Assembly: GCA_963832395.1 (NCBI GenBank)
Contig: CAWHTV010000004.1
Span: 69,284-133,283 of the forward strand
DNA length: 64,000 nucleotides
From: an uncultured delta proteobacterium
GTDB taxonomy: Bacteria > Desulfobacterota > Binatia > Binatales > Binataceae
Direction of reading: 5' to 3'
Positions within the stretch are counted from its first letter, which is position 1. The number at the start of each line of letters is the position of its first letter. A model generated the notes under the pieces. It worked only from the letters and a program-made list of their open reading frames with translations. It had not been told where the DNA came from and ran no database searches. Below, piece by piece: positions 43,770 through 57,585 of this stretch. The position numbers and the translations under genes were made by a program.

Positions 43770-43794
43770 GCCGCAGCGCGCCGCGCGCTGCGGC
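43770..43794 (+). terminator. GC-rich perfect hairpin (gccgcagcgcg ccg cgcgctgcggc) downstream of ispE; candidate terminator without a U-tract
   Basis: Perfect 11-bp inverted repeat about 130 nt after the ispE stop, followed by aaatagttt. Confidence 0.25.
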
Positions 43795-44034
43795 AAATAG
43801 TTTGGGCCGATCCGTTGGCAACAGTTTCGCGTCACAGCTTCATCCAATGACCGGGCGCGGCGGGCGGCGATGCGGCGCGCACAGCCCGAGCGCGTAACGG
43901 CCTCGGCCATGGGCCTGTGCTATGCTCGATGGGCCTTCGTCATAGCCGGGATAAGCGAGCACATCGGGGCCCGTCGGCGGCAACGCTCGCGCGCACCGGG
44001 CGGCGGGAGCGGATGGAAGGGACGCGGCCCGTGC

Positions 44035-44110
44035 TGGGCGGTCGCCAAGCTGGTAAGGCACCAGGCTTTGGACCTGGCATTCGAAGGTTCGAATCCTTCC
44101 CGCCCAGCCA
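44035..44110 (+). tRNA. tRNA-Gln (anticodon TTG), CCA encoded
   Basis: TGGGCGGTCGCCAAGCTGGTAAGGCACCAGGCTTTGGACCTGGCATTCGAAGGTTCGAATCCTTCCCGCCCAGCCA: acceptor TGGGCGG/CCGCCCA, anticodon stem CCAGG/CCTGG with loop CTTTGGA, T stem GAAGG/CCTTC. Confidence 0.85.
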
Positions 44111-44222
44111 TCAATTTCGGATTTGGTTTGGCCGCTCGCATGAGTCCGGGCAGGCCGGGCGTGGAGACGGATAACAGTAATGCGCGAAAAGTTACGATTT
44201 TGGCTTGGCCGGAGAGGCCGAG

Positions 44223-45182
44223 ATGCCTGAGCGGGCGAAAGACGAACTGGAGATTTTCACCGGCAACTCCAACCCGGCGCTGGCGCGCGAGGTGTGCGAA
44301 CATCTCGGCGTGCACCTGGGCCAGGCGGAAGTCGGCCGCTTCCCGGATGGCGAGGTGATGGTCGAGGTGCGCGAGAACGTGCGCGGCGGCGATTGCTTCG
44401 TGCTCCAGTCGATCTGCACGCCACCCAACGACAACCTGATGGAGCTGCTGTTGCTGATGGACGCGCTGAGGCGCGCCTCGGCCAAGCGCATCACCGCGGT
44501 GATTCCTTACTTCGGCTATGCGCGCCAGGACCGCAAGGTCGCTCCGCGCGTGCCGATCAGCGCCAAGCTGGTCGCCGACGTCATCACCGCCGCGGGCGCT
44601 TCGCGCGTGCTCACGGTCGATCTCCACGCCGGCCAGATCCAGGGCTTCTTCAATATCCCGGTCGACAACCTCTACGCGATGCCGGTGCTGATCCAGTACA
44701 TGCGCAAGCGCCTGGAGGGCCGCCGCGTCTCGGTGGTTTCGCCTGATGCCGGCGGCGTGGAGCGGGCGCGCGCGTTTGCGCGGCGGCTCAACGCCAACCT
44801 CGCGATTATCGACAAACGCCGCCCGCGCGCGAGCGAGGTGGCCGAGATGCAACTGGTCGGCGAGGTGCGCGACTCCTCGGCGCTGCTGGTCGACGACATG
44901 ATCGACACCGCCGGCACGATTACCGAGGCGGCCAAGGTGGTGATGAACGCCGGGGCGACCGAGGTGCTGGCCTGCGCGACCCATCCGATTCTCTCCGACC
45001 CGGCCTGCGAGCGCCTGAACAAGTCCTGCCTCAAGGAACTGATCACCACCAACACCATCCCGCTGCGCGCCAAGGCGCAGGCGGAACTCGGCTCGCTCAA
45101 GGTTCTGTCGGTGGCGAGCCTTATAGCGGAAGCCATCCGGCGCATACATAATGAAGAGTCGGTCAGCTCGCTCTTCACCTGA
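44223..45182 (+). CDS. prs: Ribose-phosphate pyrophosphokinase
   Basis: Intact: [55 protein letters not shown]...[15 protein letters not shown]...[13 protein letters not shown]. Confidence 0.85.
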   Translation: MPERAKDELEIFTGNSNPALAREVCEHLGVHLGQAEVGRFPDGEVMVEVRENVRGGDCFVLQSICTPPNDNLMELLLLMDALRRASAKRITAVIPYFGYARQDRKVAPRVPISAKLVADVITAAGASRVLTVDLHAGQIQGFFNIPVDNLYAMPVLIQYMRKRLEGRRVSVVSPDAGGVERARAFARRLNANLAIIDKRRPRASEVAEMQLVGEVRDSSALLVDDMIDTAGTITEAAKVVMNAGATEVLACATHPILSDPACERLNKSCLKELITTNTIPLRAKAQAELGSLKVLSVASLIAEAIRRIHNEESVSSLFT

Positions 45183-45263
45183 GGACCGGTTCAGCCGATT
45201 CACGCCGAATTTCAATTTGTCGCAGAATGTTTAACGACCTGAATACATATAAGCGAGGACGTG

Positions 45264-46005
45264 ATGGAGACTGTCGAACTGGCCGCCGAAATCAGAGAAA
45301 CGCGGCCCAAGAGCCGCCGCAGTCGGACTGCGCCGCGAAGGGCAGCATCCCAGCGGTTCTCTACGGACCGAAGACCAAGGCGACCGCCATCGCGATAAGC
45401 GGCGCCGAGCTGCGCTCGCGCGTCTCGGCCAGCGCCCGCCAGCGCCTGATGCGGCTCAAGTCGAGTTCGCCCGAGCTCAACGACCGCCACGTCATCGTCA
45501 AGGAAATCCAGCGCGCGCCGGTCAGCGGCAATTTCGTCCACGCCGATTTCTACGAGGTCGACCTCACGCAGCCGCTCCGCGTCTCGGTGCCGCTGCGCTT
45601 CACCGGCAAGGCGCGCGGCGTCGCCGAGGGCGGCATCCTGGGGCCGCTGGTGCGCGAGGTCGAGGTCGAATGCCTGCCGCTGGAGATTCCCGACGTGGTG
45701 GAGGTCGACGTGAGCGCGCTCGACATCCATGACGTGATCCACATCTCGGCGATGACCTTCCCCGGCAACCTCAAGCCGATTTTCGATACCGACTATCCCG
45801 TGGTCACCGTGCTGCCGCCGACCGTCGCCGAGGCGCCGGTCGCCGCCGCGGCCGAGGCCGCGCCGGTCGAAGGCGCCGAAGGTGCCGAAGGCGCAGCGGC
45901 GCCGGCCGCTGCGGCAGCGGGCGGCAAGGGCGGTGAGCCAAAGAAGGCGCCAAGGGCGGCGCCAAAGAAGCCGCCGCCGAAAAAGGCGGCGGCAAGAAGG
46001 GCTGA
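45264..46005 (+). CDS. rplY: 50S ribosomal protein L25 / general stress protein Ctc with long Ala/Pro/Lys-rich C-terminal tail; one or two frameshifts (near 45300, possibly near 46000)
   Basis: METVELAAEIRETR..., then IPAVLYGPKTKATAIAISGAELRSRVS...HVIVKEIQRAPVSGNFVHADFYEVDLTQPLRVSVPLRFTGKARGVAEGG (ORF 45227 frame). The tail is PVEGAEGAEGAAAPAAAAAGGKGGEPKKAPRAAPKKPPPKK. Confidence 0.7.
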
Positions 46006-46227
46006 CGCGCGCCGCGCCAGCGGCGCATCGCGCCGCTGGTTTGTTCGATGCGCGCGTCTTGCAGCGCGCATCGATGCTCCGTGGAGAGCGCGGGAGTGGA
46101 TTCCGGCCGCGCGCACGCGGCCGGAATCCCTCCCGCGCGTCGGGCATAGCCGTCGCGAGGCCGCCGCCAAAGGCGGCGGCCTCGCGACGGCGGTGGTTGT
46201 TGTTGCGAGGAGGAGGTTACGTCGCTG

Positions 46228-49690
<3,463 letters not shown>

Positions 49691-49711
49691 GTTCCAAAGA
49701 GGTAGAGTTGC

Positions 49712-51563
49712 ATGAGAGCGAGACTCTTCGCCCTGCTGGTCGTTGTGGTCGCGCTCTGCGGCGTGGTTGCTCCGTTTGCATCGGGCGCGACTCTCTCGGT
49801 CACGCCTAACCCGCTGAATGTCGGCAACGCAATCATTCTGCCGCCGAACGGCGCGTCAAAGCCGGGCATCATCAGGATAACCAACCTTGGCCCAAAGGTG
49901 ACGATCCTCAGCATTACTTCGGACCATCCGCAATTTGTGCCGAATCAGAGCTGCGTGAAAGTCCTGAACGCCCACGAGATCTGCGGATTCACAGTAACCT
50001 TTACGCCCGACGCAACCGGGCCGTTCCTGGCGAAGCTCACGATTACCGACAACAGCGGAGGCTCGGCCCACAAGGTGGCGCTGAAGGGCTTCGGCAAGCA
50101 GGGCAAGCTCACGATCAACCCGGACCCCGTCAACTTCGGCAAGGTATACGTCAAGGCAGGGGTAGTGCACACGGTTACGCTGCTCAACAATAATCCGGTC
50201 CAGATGACGCTGGGCGCGTTAGGCTTCAGCGACTCCGACTTCAGCGAGACCGACGACTGCGGGGGCACGGTCGCCGCACATGGCAAATGCCACGTGTGGC
50301 TAAGCTTGGCGGTGGCCAATCCGGGCCTGCTCTCAGGCGTGACCATGAACGTCAGCGACAACGCCGCCGGCAGCCCGCAACACGTGCCGCTGAACGCCAA
50401 CGTTCTGCCACTACCGGCTTGCGCGGCCGGTCCCAGCGGCGCATTCAGCTCCAACAACACCAATATGTTGGCGAGGTCCCGGATAAATCATACCGCGACC
50501 ACGCTCAAGAACGGGATGGTGCTGATCGTCGGCGGCACCGGGAACGCGCAGACGCCCCATGCCGAGCTCTACGACTTCAAGACCTGCAAGTTTTCACTGC
50601 CGGGAAGCAATACCCCCAACAGCCGCCAAAATCACACCGCGACTCTGCTCGCTGATGGCAGAGTGTTGATTGCCGGGGGTGAGAAAGACACCGCGACCAA
50701 AAGGACGGTAGTCGCCACAGCGGAAATTTTCGATCCTAACGCCAACGGCGGAGCCGGCGGCTTCTTCCCCACCGGCAGCATGCACTACGCGCGTGAATTT
50801 CATACCGCCACACTGCTGGCCAACGGCCAGGTGCTGATCGCGGGCGGAGATCTGTTCGCGGGTCTGACCCACGCCGAGATTTACAATCCCGTTACGGGAA
50901 CATTCCGGCTGACGGCTCATATGAATTTCCCTCGGGAGGACCATACGGCGACCGGTCTTTCCAACGGCAACGTCCTGATCGCCGGGGGGGGACGATTTCG
51001 GCACCATTTCGGCGACTACGGAGATATTCGACCCGAGTATCAATGGCGGCATCGGCGGATTCGGGGTCGGCCCTATCATGGGCGCCGCGCGCAGATACGC
51101 CGCCGCGGCCCTGATCACGATCGGCAACGACACCGGTTGGGCGCTCATCGCGGGCGGATACACCACTGGATTCGACGCCTCGGACACTGCGGAACTCTTC
51201 ATTTCGCTTGGCGGATTCGGCGCACCGTTCAACACTATGAGCGTGGCTCGCCAGAGTCCGTCCGTCACCGGGCTGCTGGACGGGAACCTGCTGGTGGCGG
51301 GAGGAAGCTGTAACCCCGGCTCCACCGGCGGACAAAAGAGCGCCGATCTACTGATGGTCACCGGCCCCGACCTCGGCAACTTCGAGCCGACTGGCAGCTT
51401 GGTGGACGGGCTCGTAGACCACGCCGCAGCGCTGCTGCCGGACGGCCAGGTGTTGGTGACCGGCGGGTTGCGATTCAACGTGGGTAGCTGCGCCAATCCA
51501 TGCGTTAGCTCCAACGGATGCAGTGCGAATGCCACCAACAGCGCCGAGCTGTATCACCCGTAA
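49712..51563 (+). CDS. Secreted protein with N-terminal ASH/choice-of-anchor-D-like Ig domains and C-terminal Kelch-like beta-propeller repeats; frameshift at a G8 homopolymer (50984-50991)
   Basis: Signal MRARLFALLVVVVALCGVVAPFASGA. Repeats NHTATLLADGRVLIAGG, EFHTATLLANGQVLIAGG, EDHTATGLSNGNVLIAGG, then after the shift DDFGTISATTEIFDP...GWALIAGG...GNLLVAGG...GQVLVTGG (ORF 51078..51563). Confidence 0.65.
50984..50991. repeat. Poly-G homopolymer (G8) inside the Kelch/ASH gene at the frameshift point
   Basis: gatcgccGGGGGGGGacgatttcgg. With G7 the two halves of the gene are in frame. Confidence 0.8.
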
Positions 51564-51778
51564 GAGGCGGCTGATGCGAATTGAAGCGAGGCTAGCGATA
51601 GTTCGCATCGGGAAAAACTTCTAGGAACCCTCACCCGCACTCTCTCCCGCAAACAACGCGGGCGAGGGCTCAGATCAGCAAGGCGAACGCGGTGCGCCCT
51701 GCCCCAAGTGCGCCACGCGCCGATTGCCGACTACCCTACAATCAGTGGATGAGATTCGAAAATTCCGAACCCGCTACC

Positions 51779-52440
51779 AGATGCCGGGGATGAAGGACTC
51801 GGTCTCCTGCAGATAGCGCGCGTACTGGTCGCCGAACTGCGCCAGCATCTCGGCCTCTTCCGTCGCGGCCGCGCATCCGGCCCATCACCACCCCGAATAT
51901 GATCGTCAAGGACCGCGCTTACCGGTGCGCCGAACTCGAGCGCCCATGCGAAAACCACCAGGAACTCGCCGAGCCAGATCGGATGGCGGATACTGCCATA
52001 GAGCCCGTTGCGCACCAGTGCGCGCGGACCGCCGGACTCCGGCGTCGAGCTGAAAAAGCCAAGCTGGATGCGCGCGCCGAGCGCCAGCCACAGCCCCAGC
52101 AGCTCCATCAGCAAACCCAGCGCCTGCACCCATCGCGCCACTTCACCGCCGTAGAGAAAAGTGCGCTCGAACGGCGCCGCCGCGAACAGCAGCAGCACCG
52201 GCAACTGGCGCAGGATCGATCCCGAAAGCAGCGCGGCGTCGGGCGGCGGCTCGAAATCCTCGCGCACCATCACGTCGGCGAAACGAAACCCGGCGTACGC
52301 GATCAGGTAGGCCAGGGTGTATGGATGCTCGCCGAAGTAGCTGGTGATCCCCAGCCCCAGCGCGACCGCGCCGACCGCCGCCACCAGGAAAACGATAAGC
52401 TCGGAGACCCGGATATCGATCCGGCGCCAGCGCCGCGGCG
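51779..52440 (-). CDS. Isoprenylcysteine carboxyl methyltransferase (ICMT)/phospholipid methyltransferase family membrane protein, one frameshift near 51890; start uncertain
   Basis: GPRALVRNGLYGSIRHPIWLGEFLVVFAWALEFGAPVSAVL in ORF 51731..52582. The tail ends IPGIW* in another frame. Confidence 0.5.
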
Positions 52441-52571
52441 CCGGGCTGCGCTGGAGCGGGGCCAAGACCGCCGGTGGGCGCTTTGAGCTCGCCCGTCGGC
52501 TTGCGCGGCTCAGCCTGCGTTCCGTCTCCGGCTTCCATGTTGGCAAATCTTGGCAGGATGGAGGCCGCGAT

Positions 52572-53609
52572 TCAAAAGGCACTGCCGGCGCGCAGGCGCC
52601 GGCGCCAGTGCTGGATGCGCGGCGCTAGCCCAGGCGCGCGCAAGGTTTCGCGGTCGCCGATCGCGACCAGGAAGTCGCCCGCCTCGATGCGGGTTGCGGG
52701 ATCGGGAATCAGCGTGCTCGGAGCGTCGCCACGCTTGAGCGCGACGATCCGCAGCCGTGTCGAGCTCTGCTCGACCGCGGCGATCGCCTGGCCGATGAGC
52801 GCGCTGCCCTCGGCCACGCGAATCTCCTCCAGGTCGATCTCGGCGCCGCGCCCCGGAAATGACAGCTCCAGGAAGTCGACCACCGACGGGCGCATGACTG
52901 CTGGCCGCCAGCCGTAGCGCACCCCACTGGTAGGCCGCGACGGCCTGGTCCGCCCCTGCCATCCGCAGGTGTTGCAAGCCGACCTCCGACTCGCCGCGCG
53001 CGTGGATGCGGATTTTCGGGTTCATCGCGCGCGCCGAGAGCGTGATAAAGACGTTGTCGGCGTCGGAGGCGGTGACCACCACGATTGCGACGCGCCCGTC
53101 GCAGGCCCGCCTCCTCCAGCACGCGATCCTCCAGCGCCGATCCGATCACGTAGGGCAGGCCGGAGGCGGCCAACTCGGCTTCGCGCGCCGGGTCGCGCTC
53201 GATCACCACCGCCTCGCCACCGCTGCGCGTCACTTCCTCGGCCACCACCCGGCCCATCCTGCCGAATCCGCAAATCACGACGTGGTCCTCGAGCTGTTCG
53301 ATCTTGTGCTTCATCGCGACCCTCCCGACCATCTCGCGCAACTGGCCTTCGACCACGAACTGGGTGATGGCGGCGAAGAGATAGAACGCGGTGCCGACGC
53401 CGGTCACGATCAATCCCATCGTGAAGATTCGTCCGCCCTCGCCGAGCGGCTTCACCTCTTCGTAACCAACGGTGGAGATGGTGATGACGGTCATGTAGAG
53501 CGCGTCGAGCAGCGGACATGTGCTCGATCGCCATGTAGCCGACGGTGCCGCCGGCCGTGAGTAGCACGATGCCGGCGATCGCGATCAGGAACCTGCGTCC
53601 CGGGCTCAT
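52572..53609 (-). CDS. Potassium-channel family protein with RCK (TrkA-N and TrkA-C) domains; atypical filter TVGYEE; three or more frameshifts
   Basis: MSPGRRFLIAIAGIVLLTAGGTVGYMAIEH, then pore MTVITISTVGYEEVKPLGEGGRIFTMGLIVTGVG, then RCK-N HVVICGFGRMGRVVAEEV, then MVVTASDADNVFITLSARAMNP, then TrkA-C IDLEEIRVAEGSALIGQAIAAVEQ...LRIVALKRGD, spread over four frames. Confidence 0.6.
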
Positions 53610-53666
53610 TCGATGCGGTTCCGCGCCGCCGCCGCGCCGGCTGTTTCTCCGTGCTGATGCAGAATT

Positions 53667-54610
53667 TCAGAGCGCCTCGTGCGCTTCGAGCCAGCGCTCC
53701 GCGTCGATCGCCGCCATGCATCCGGTGCCCGCCGCGGTCACCGCCTGGCGATAGACCTTGTCGGCGACGTCGCCGGCCGCGAACACGCCGTCGACGTTGG
53801 TGTAGGTCGATCCGTTGCGAACTTTCAGGTAGCCGATTTCGTCCATCTCGAGCTGGCCCTCGAACAGGTGGGTGTTGGGCTGATGGCCGATCGCGACGAA
53901 CACGGCGTCGGTACGGAAGTCGCTGGCCGCGCCGGTCTTGAGGTTTTTGAGCCGCACGCCGCTGACTCCGGCTTTCTGCTCGCCGTAAATTTCCTCGATC
54001 ACCGCGTTCCAGATGAAAGCGATCTTGGGATTGGCGGCCGCGCGGTCCTGCATGATCTTGGAGGCGCGCAGGGCGCTGCGCCGATGGACGACCGTCACCT
54101 TGGTGCAAAAGCGCGTGAGGAACGTCGCCTCTTCCATCGCGGTATCGCCGCCGCCCACTACCACCGCTTCCTTGTTCTTGAAGAACGCGCCGTCGCAGGT
54201 CGCGCACGCGCTCACGCCGTAGCCCATCAGCCGCTTTTCCGAATCGATCCCGAGCAGCTTGGCCGACGCGCCGGTCGCGATGATGAGGGCCTCGGCGCCG
54301 ATGGTCCTGCCGTGCGTGCGTCAGCTCGAACGGCCGCTTGCGAAGGTCGACCGCGGTCACTTCGCCCATGACGAACTTCGTGCCGAAGCGTTCGGCCTGG
54401 CCCGGAACACGTCCATCATCTCGGGGCCCTGGATGCCGTGCGCGAAGCCGGGGTAGTTCTCGACCTCGGTGGTGATGGTGAGTTGACCGCCGGGCTGGTG
54501 TGCCTTCGATCAAGAGCGGGGCCAGATTGGCGCGCGCCGCATAGAGCGCCGCAGTGAGGCCCGCGGGACCGGAGCCGAGAATCACGAGGCGATAGAGTTT
54601 CGTCTGCCAT
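53667..54610 (-). CDS. trxB: Thioredoxin-disulfide reductase, three or more frameshifts
   Basis: [33 protein letters not shown] (FAD motif), then [24 protein letters not shown], then intact C-terminal half in ORF 53667..54227 ([15 protein letters not shown]...[19 protein letters not shown]...AIGHQPNT...VFAAGDVAD). Confidence 0.7.
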
Positions 54611-54780
54611 CTATCTGATTTTGCTGATTTCGCATTGTCCGTTTGACTATGTTCGATGTCGACGCGCGATTAACCTGCCGGCAACCGCGCGCGATTCGTC
54701 ATCGCTTCTATTCTAGCACTATTGTAGCGCTTTATTGTATCGGCGCATCGCGTCAACATAAGCTCTTAGCCGCCTCCCCG

Positions 54781-55332
54781 ATGCCACGCAAGAAGCCGAC
54801 CGCCAAACTTGCCGGCCCCGCCACGCGCGGAGCACTTACCCATCTCGACCGCCGCGGCCGCGTGCGGATGGTCGACGTCGGCGAAAAGCCGGTGACGCGG
54901 CGCGAGGCGGTGGCGCGCGGCGCGGTCAAAATGGAGCCGGCGACGCTCGACGCGATCGTCGGCGGGCGGCTCAAGAAGGGCGAGGCGCTGGCGGCGGCGC
55001 GGCTGGCGGGAATCATGGCGGCCAAGCGCACTCACGAGTTGATTCCGCTGTGCCATCAGATTCCGCTGGAGGTGGTCGAGATCGAATTCCGGCCCGACCC
55101 GGCCCACGCGACGCTCCATATCCAGGCCCGCGCGGCGACCGTGGCGCGCACCGGCGTCGAGATGGAAGCGCTGGTGGCGTTAAGCGCCGCGGCGCTCACG
55201 ATCTATGACATGGCCAAGGCGATCGATCGCGCGATGACGATCGACGCCATCCGGCTGGTCGGCAAATCGGGCGGCCGCAGCGGCACCTTCAAGCGCGCGG
55301 GCGAGCCGCGATGGCCGTCCGCGGACGGTTGA
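54781..55332 (+). CDS. moaC: Cyclic pyranopterin monophosphate synthase MoaC
   Basis: [78 protein letters not shown]...[22 protein letters not shown]. Confidence 0.8.
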   Translation: MPRKKPTAKLAGPATRGALTHLDRRGRVRMVDVGEKPVTRREAVARGAVKMEPATLDAIVGGRLKKGEALAAARLAGIMAAKRTHELIPLCHQIPLEVVEIEFRPDPAHATLHIQARAATVARTGVEMEALVALSAAALTIYDMAKAIDRAMTIDAIRLVGKSGGRSGTFKRAGEPRWPSADG

Positions 55333-56586
55333 ACAGCAGAAAGTTAAAGTTGAAGAATTTGAAAAACTCTCGACCGAACGGCGCGTCGACAGCGCCGGGG
55401 CGGGTCTTCCTCAAAAAGGGCCGCGAGGGACCGGTTCGCGGCGGCAATCCCTGGGTCTTCTCGCAGGCGATCGATCGCGTCGAGCCCGCCGCAATCGAGC
55501 CCGGCGCGCGCGTGTGGGTTCTCGACGCGGCCGGCGCAACGCTGGGACACGGCTATTACAATCCGGCGACGACGATCGCGGTGCGGATGCTCGCGCTTGG
55601 CGGCGAGCCCGGTCCCGCCGAAATCGTCCGCTGGCGGATGGAGCGCGCGCTCAAATTACGCGAGCGCGTAGTCGGTCCCGACACCGATTGTTACCGGATG
55701 CTCAATGGCGACGGCGACGGCCTCTCGGGCGTGGTCGTTGACCGCTACGGCGAGGTTGCGGTGGTGCAATTGCTGACCGCGGGCGCCGAGCGGATGCGCG
55801 CGGAGATCGTCGAGCATCTGAATCTGATGATTTCGCCGCGCGCGATTTTCGAGCGCAGCCAGGGCGCCGTGCGCCGGCAGGAAGGGCTCGAGGATCGCGT
55901 GGGCGTGATGGCGGGCGCGCCCGCCGGCGAAGCCGTGGTGAGCGAGAACGGCGTGCGCGAGAACGGCATGCGAATGATCGTCGACCTGGAGCACGGCCAG
56001 AAGACCGGCGCGTTTCTCGACCAGCGCGAGAATCGCGCGCGCTTCGGCGCTCTGGCGGCCGGCGCGCGCGTGCTCGATCTGTGCTGCTACAGCGGCGGCT
56101 TCGCGCTAAACGCGCTCAAGGGCGGCGCGAAAGAGATCGTCGCGGTCGACACTTCCGCGCACGCGCTCGATTGGGCGCGGCGCAACCTGGAGCTCAACGG
56201 CTATCCGCCCGACGCCGTCCGCTTCGTGCATGGCGAGGCGGGCGAAGTTGCTGGGCACGCGCGACGAGCTTTTCGATCTGATCGTGCTCGACCCGCCGCC
56301 ATTTGCGCGCAGCCGCGCCGACGCGCGGCGCGCCGAACATCTTTACGTCGAACTCAACGCGCTCGCGCTCGGCGCGCTCAGCCCGGGCGGCTTCCTGATG
56401 ACCTTCAGTTGCTCGTCGCACTTTCGCGGCGAGGATTTCGTCCGCGCGGTGCGCATCGCCGAGGGCCGCTCGGGGCGCCGGATGCGCCTGCTCGCGCGCC
56501 TCGGTCCCGGCCCCGATCATCCGGTGCTGCTGGGCCATCCCGAGGGCGAATACCTGACCGGCGTGTTGCTGCGCGACCTCGGCTAG
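55311..56586 (+). CDS. rlmI: 23S rRNA m5C1962 methyltransferase RlmI-like (PUA + class I SAM MTase), one frameshift near 56240; true start probably downstream of 55311
   Basis: [28 protein letters not shown]...[14 protein letters not shown]...[16 protein letters not shown] in ORF 55311. C-terminal [20 protein letters not shown]...[13 protein letters not shown]...[23 protein letters not shown] in ORF 56230..56586. Confidence 0.65.
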
Positions 56587-56610
56587 CGGGCCGGACTTAT
56601 CGCGTCGCCC

Positions 56611-56733
56611 TTACGCGTGCACGCGGGGGTGGCGATCCGCCCAGGGCGCGGCCTGCTCGATCTGCGCCGCCAGCCGCAGCAACAGATCCTCGCGCCCGTA
56701 AGCCGCGACGAACTGGACGCCGACCGGCAGCCC
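56611..56733. repeat. Direct repeat DR1 (123 bp), a remnant copy of the last 41 codons plus stop of the amidase gene; 121/123 identical to 57463-57585
   Basis: ttacgcgtgcacgcgggggtggcgatccgcccagggcgcggcctgctcgatctgcgccgccagccgcagcaacagatcctcgcgcccgtaagccgcgacgaactggacgccgaccggcagccc is repeated at 57463 with two mismatches. Confidence 0.8.
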
Positions 56734-56757
56734 GCTCAGCTGCCCCTGGCGTCCCGC

Positions 56758-57042
56758 CTAGCCGAGTTCCAATCGAAGCCGCTTGCCCAGAACCTTTGCC
56801 GCCCGCGCCATCGTGCGCAGGGTAACGGACTCGTTGGCGGGATCAAGGAGCCGGTCGAGCGCTGCGCGGCTGGTCCGCATCGCACGCGCCATTTCCGACT
56901 TGGACATACGCTTCTCGTCCATCCCGCGCGAAACTTGCCAGGCGATAACTCGCTTGAGCGCCGCGGCTTCCACTTCGGCGAGGCTGCCGTCCTCGGCGAG
57001 CATCTCGTCAAGCGAAGAGCCGATACGCTTGTGCCGTTTCAT
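56758..57042 (-). CDS. HTH (XRE-type) antitoxin of a HigA-like type II toxin-antitoxin pair
   Basis: MKRHKRIGSSLDEMLAEDGSLAEVEAAALKRVIAWQVSRGMDEKRMSKSEMARAMRTSRAALDRLLDP... HTH domain. Its start overlaps the toxin stop by 4 bp. Confidence 0.65.
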   Translation of the reverse strand: MKRHKRIGSSLDEMLAEDGSLAEVEAAALKRVIAWQVSRGMDEKRMSKSEMARAMRTSRAALDRLLDPANESVTLRTMARAAKVLGKRLRLELG

Positions 57043-57395
57043 CGTTCCCGCTCCACGACCCGCTTGCGCTCGATTGCCAAATTAAGATCCGGCTTCGCCG
57101 TCTTCTGCGATTTCTTGATGAATCCGTGCAGCAGTATCATCTGGCCTTCGCTGATGCAGAACAGCACCCGAGCTGTTCGATTCCCCGCCAAGCCGGTCCC
57201 TATCTCGTAAAGTCCCATCCCCATGGGCCGACAAACCGGCATTCCAATCGGCCAACCGTATTCGACGGTCTTGATGTCCGTGCCGATGAGTATCCGCTCC
57301 GCTTTGTCGAGCGACCTGAGCCACTCCCGCACCGGCTCCCTACCGTTCTCATTCCGGTAAAAGAGCGCCGGTATTCGCTTGCGCTGTTCGGGCAT
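57039..57395 (-). CDS. RelE/ParE-superfamily toxin of the phage Gp49/HigB-like (DUF891) type
   Basis: MPEQRKRIPALFYRNENGREPVREWLRSLDKAERILIGTDIKTVEYGWPIGMPVCRPMGMGLYEIGTGLAGNRTARVLFCISEGQMILLHGFIKKSQKT. Toxin-upstream gene order is typical for higBA. Confidence 0.65.
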   Translation of the reverse strand: MPEQRKRIPALFYRNENGREPVREWLRSLDKAERILIGTDIKTVEYGWPIGMPVCRPMGMGLYEIGTGLAGNRTARVLFCISEGQMILLHGFIKKSQKTAKPDLNLAIERKRVVERER

Positions 57396-57462
57396 TCAGC
57401 GTCGTACCACAAATGGTACAGCATACTCGAAGTGGTTGCCAGTGGCAGAAGGCCCAGCGACT

Positions 57463-57585
57463 TTACGCGTGCACGCGAGGGTGGCGATCCGCCCAGGGCG
57501 CGGCCTGCTCGATCTGCGCCGCCAGCCGCAGCAACAGATCCTCGCGCCCGTAGGCCGCGACGAACTGGACGCCGACCGGCAGCCC
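57463..57585. repeat. Direct repeat DR2 (123 bp), the functional 3' end of the amidase gene
   Basis: See DR1. Confidence 0.8.

Noticed and set aside
54714-54730. Near-palindrome agcactattgtagcgct in the trxB/moaC divergent intergenic region
   Set aside because: Imperfect (6/7 arms). It matches no operator consensus I can name. It is probably just an AT-richer promoter region.
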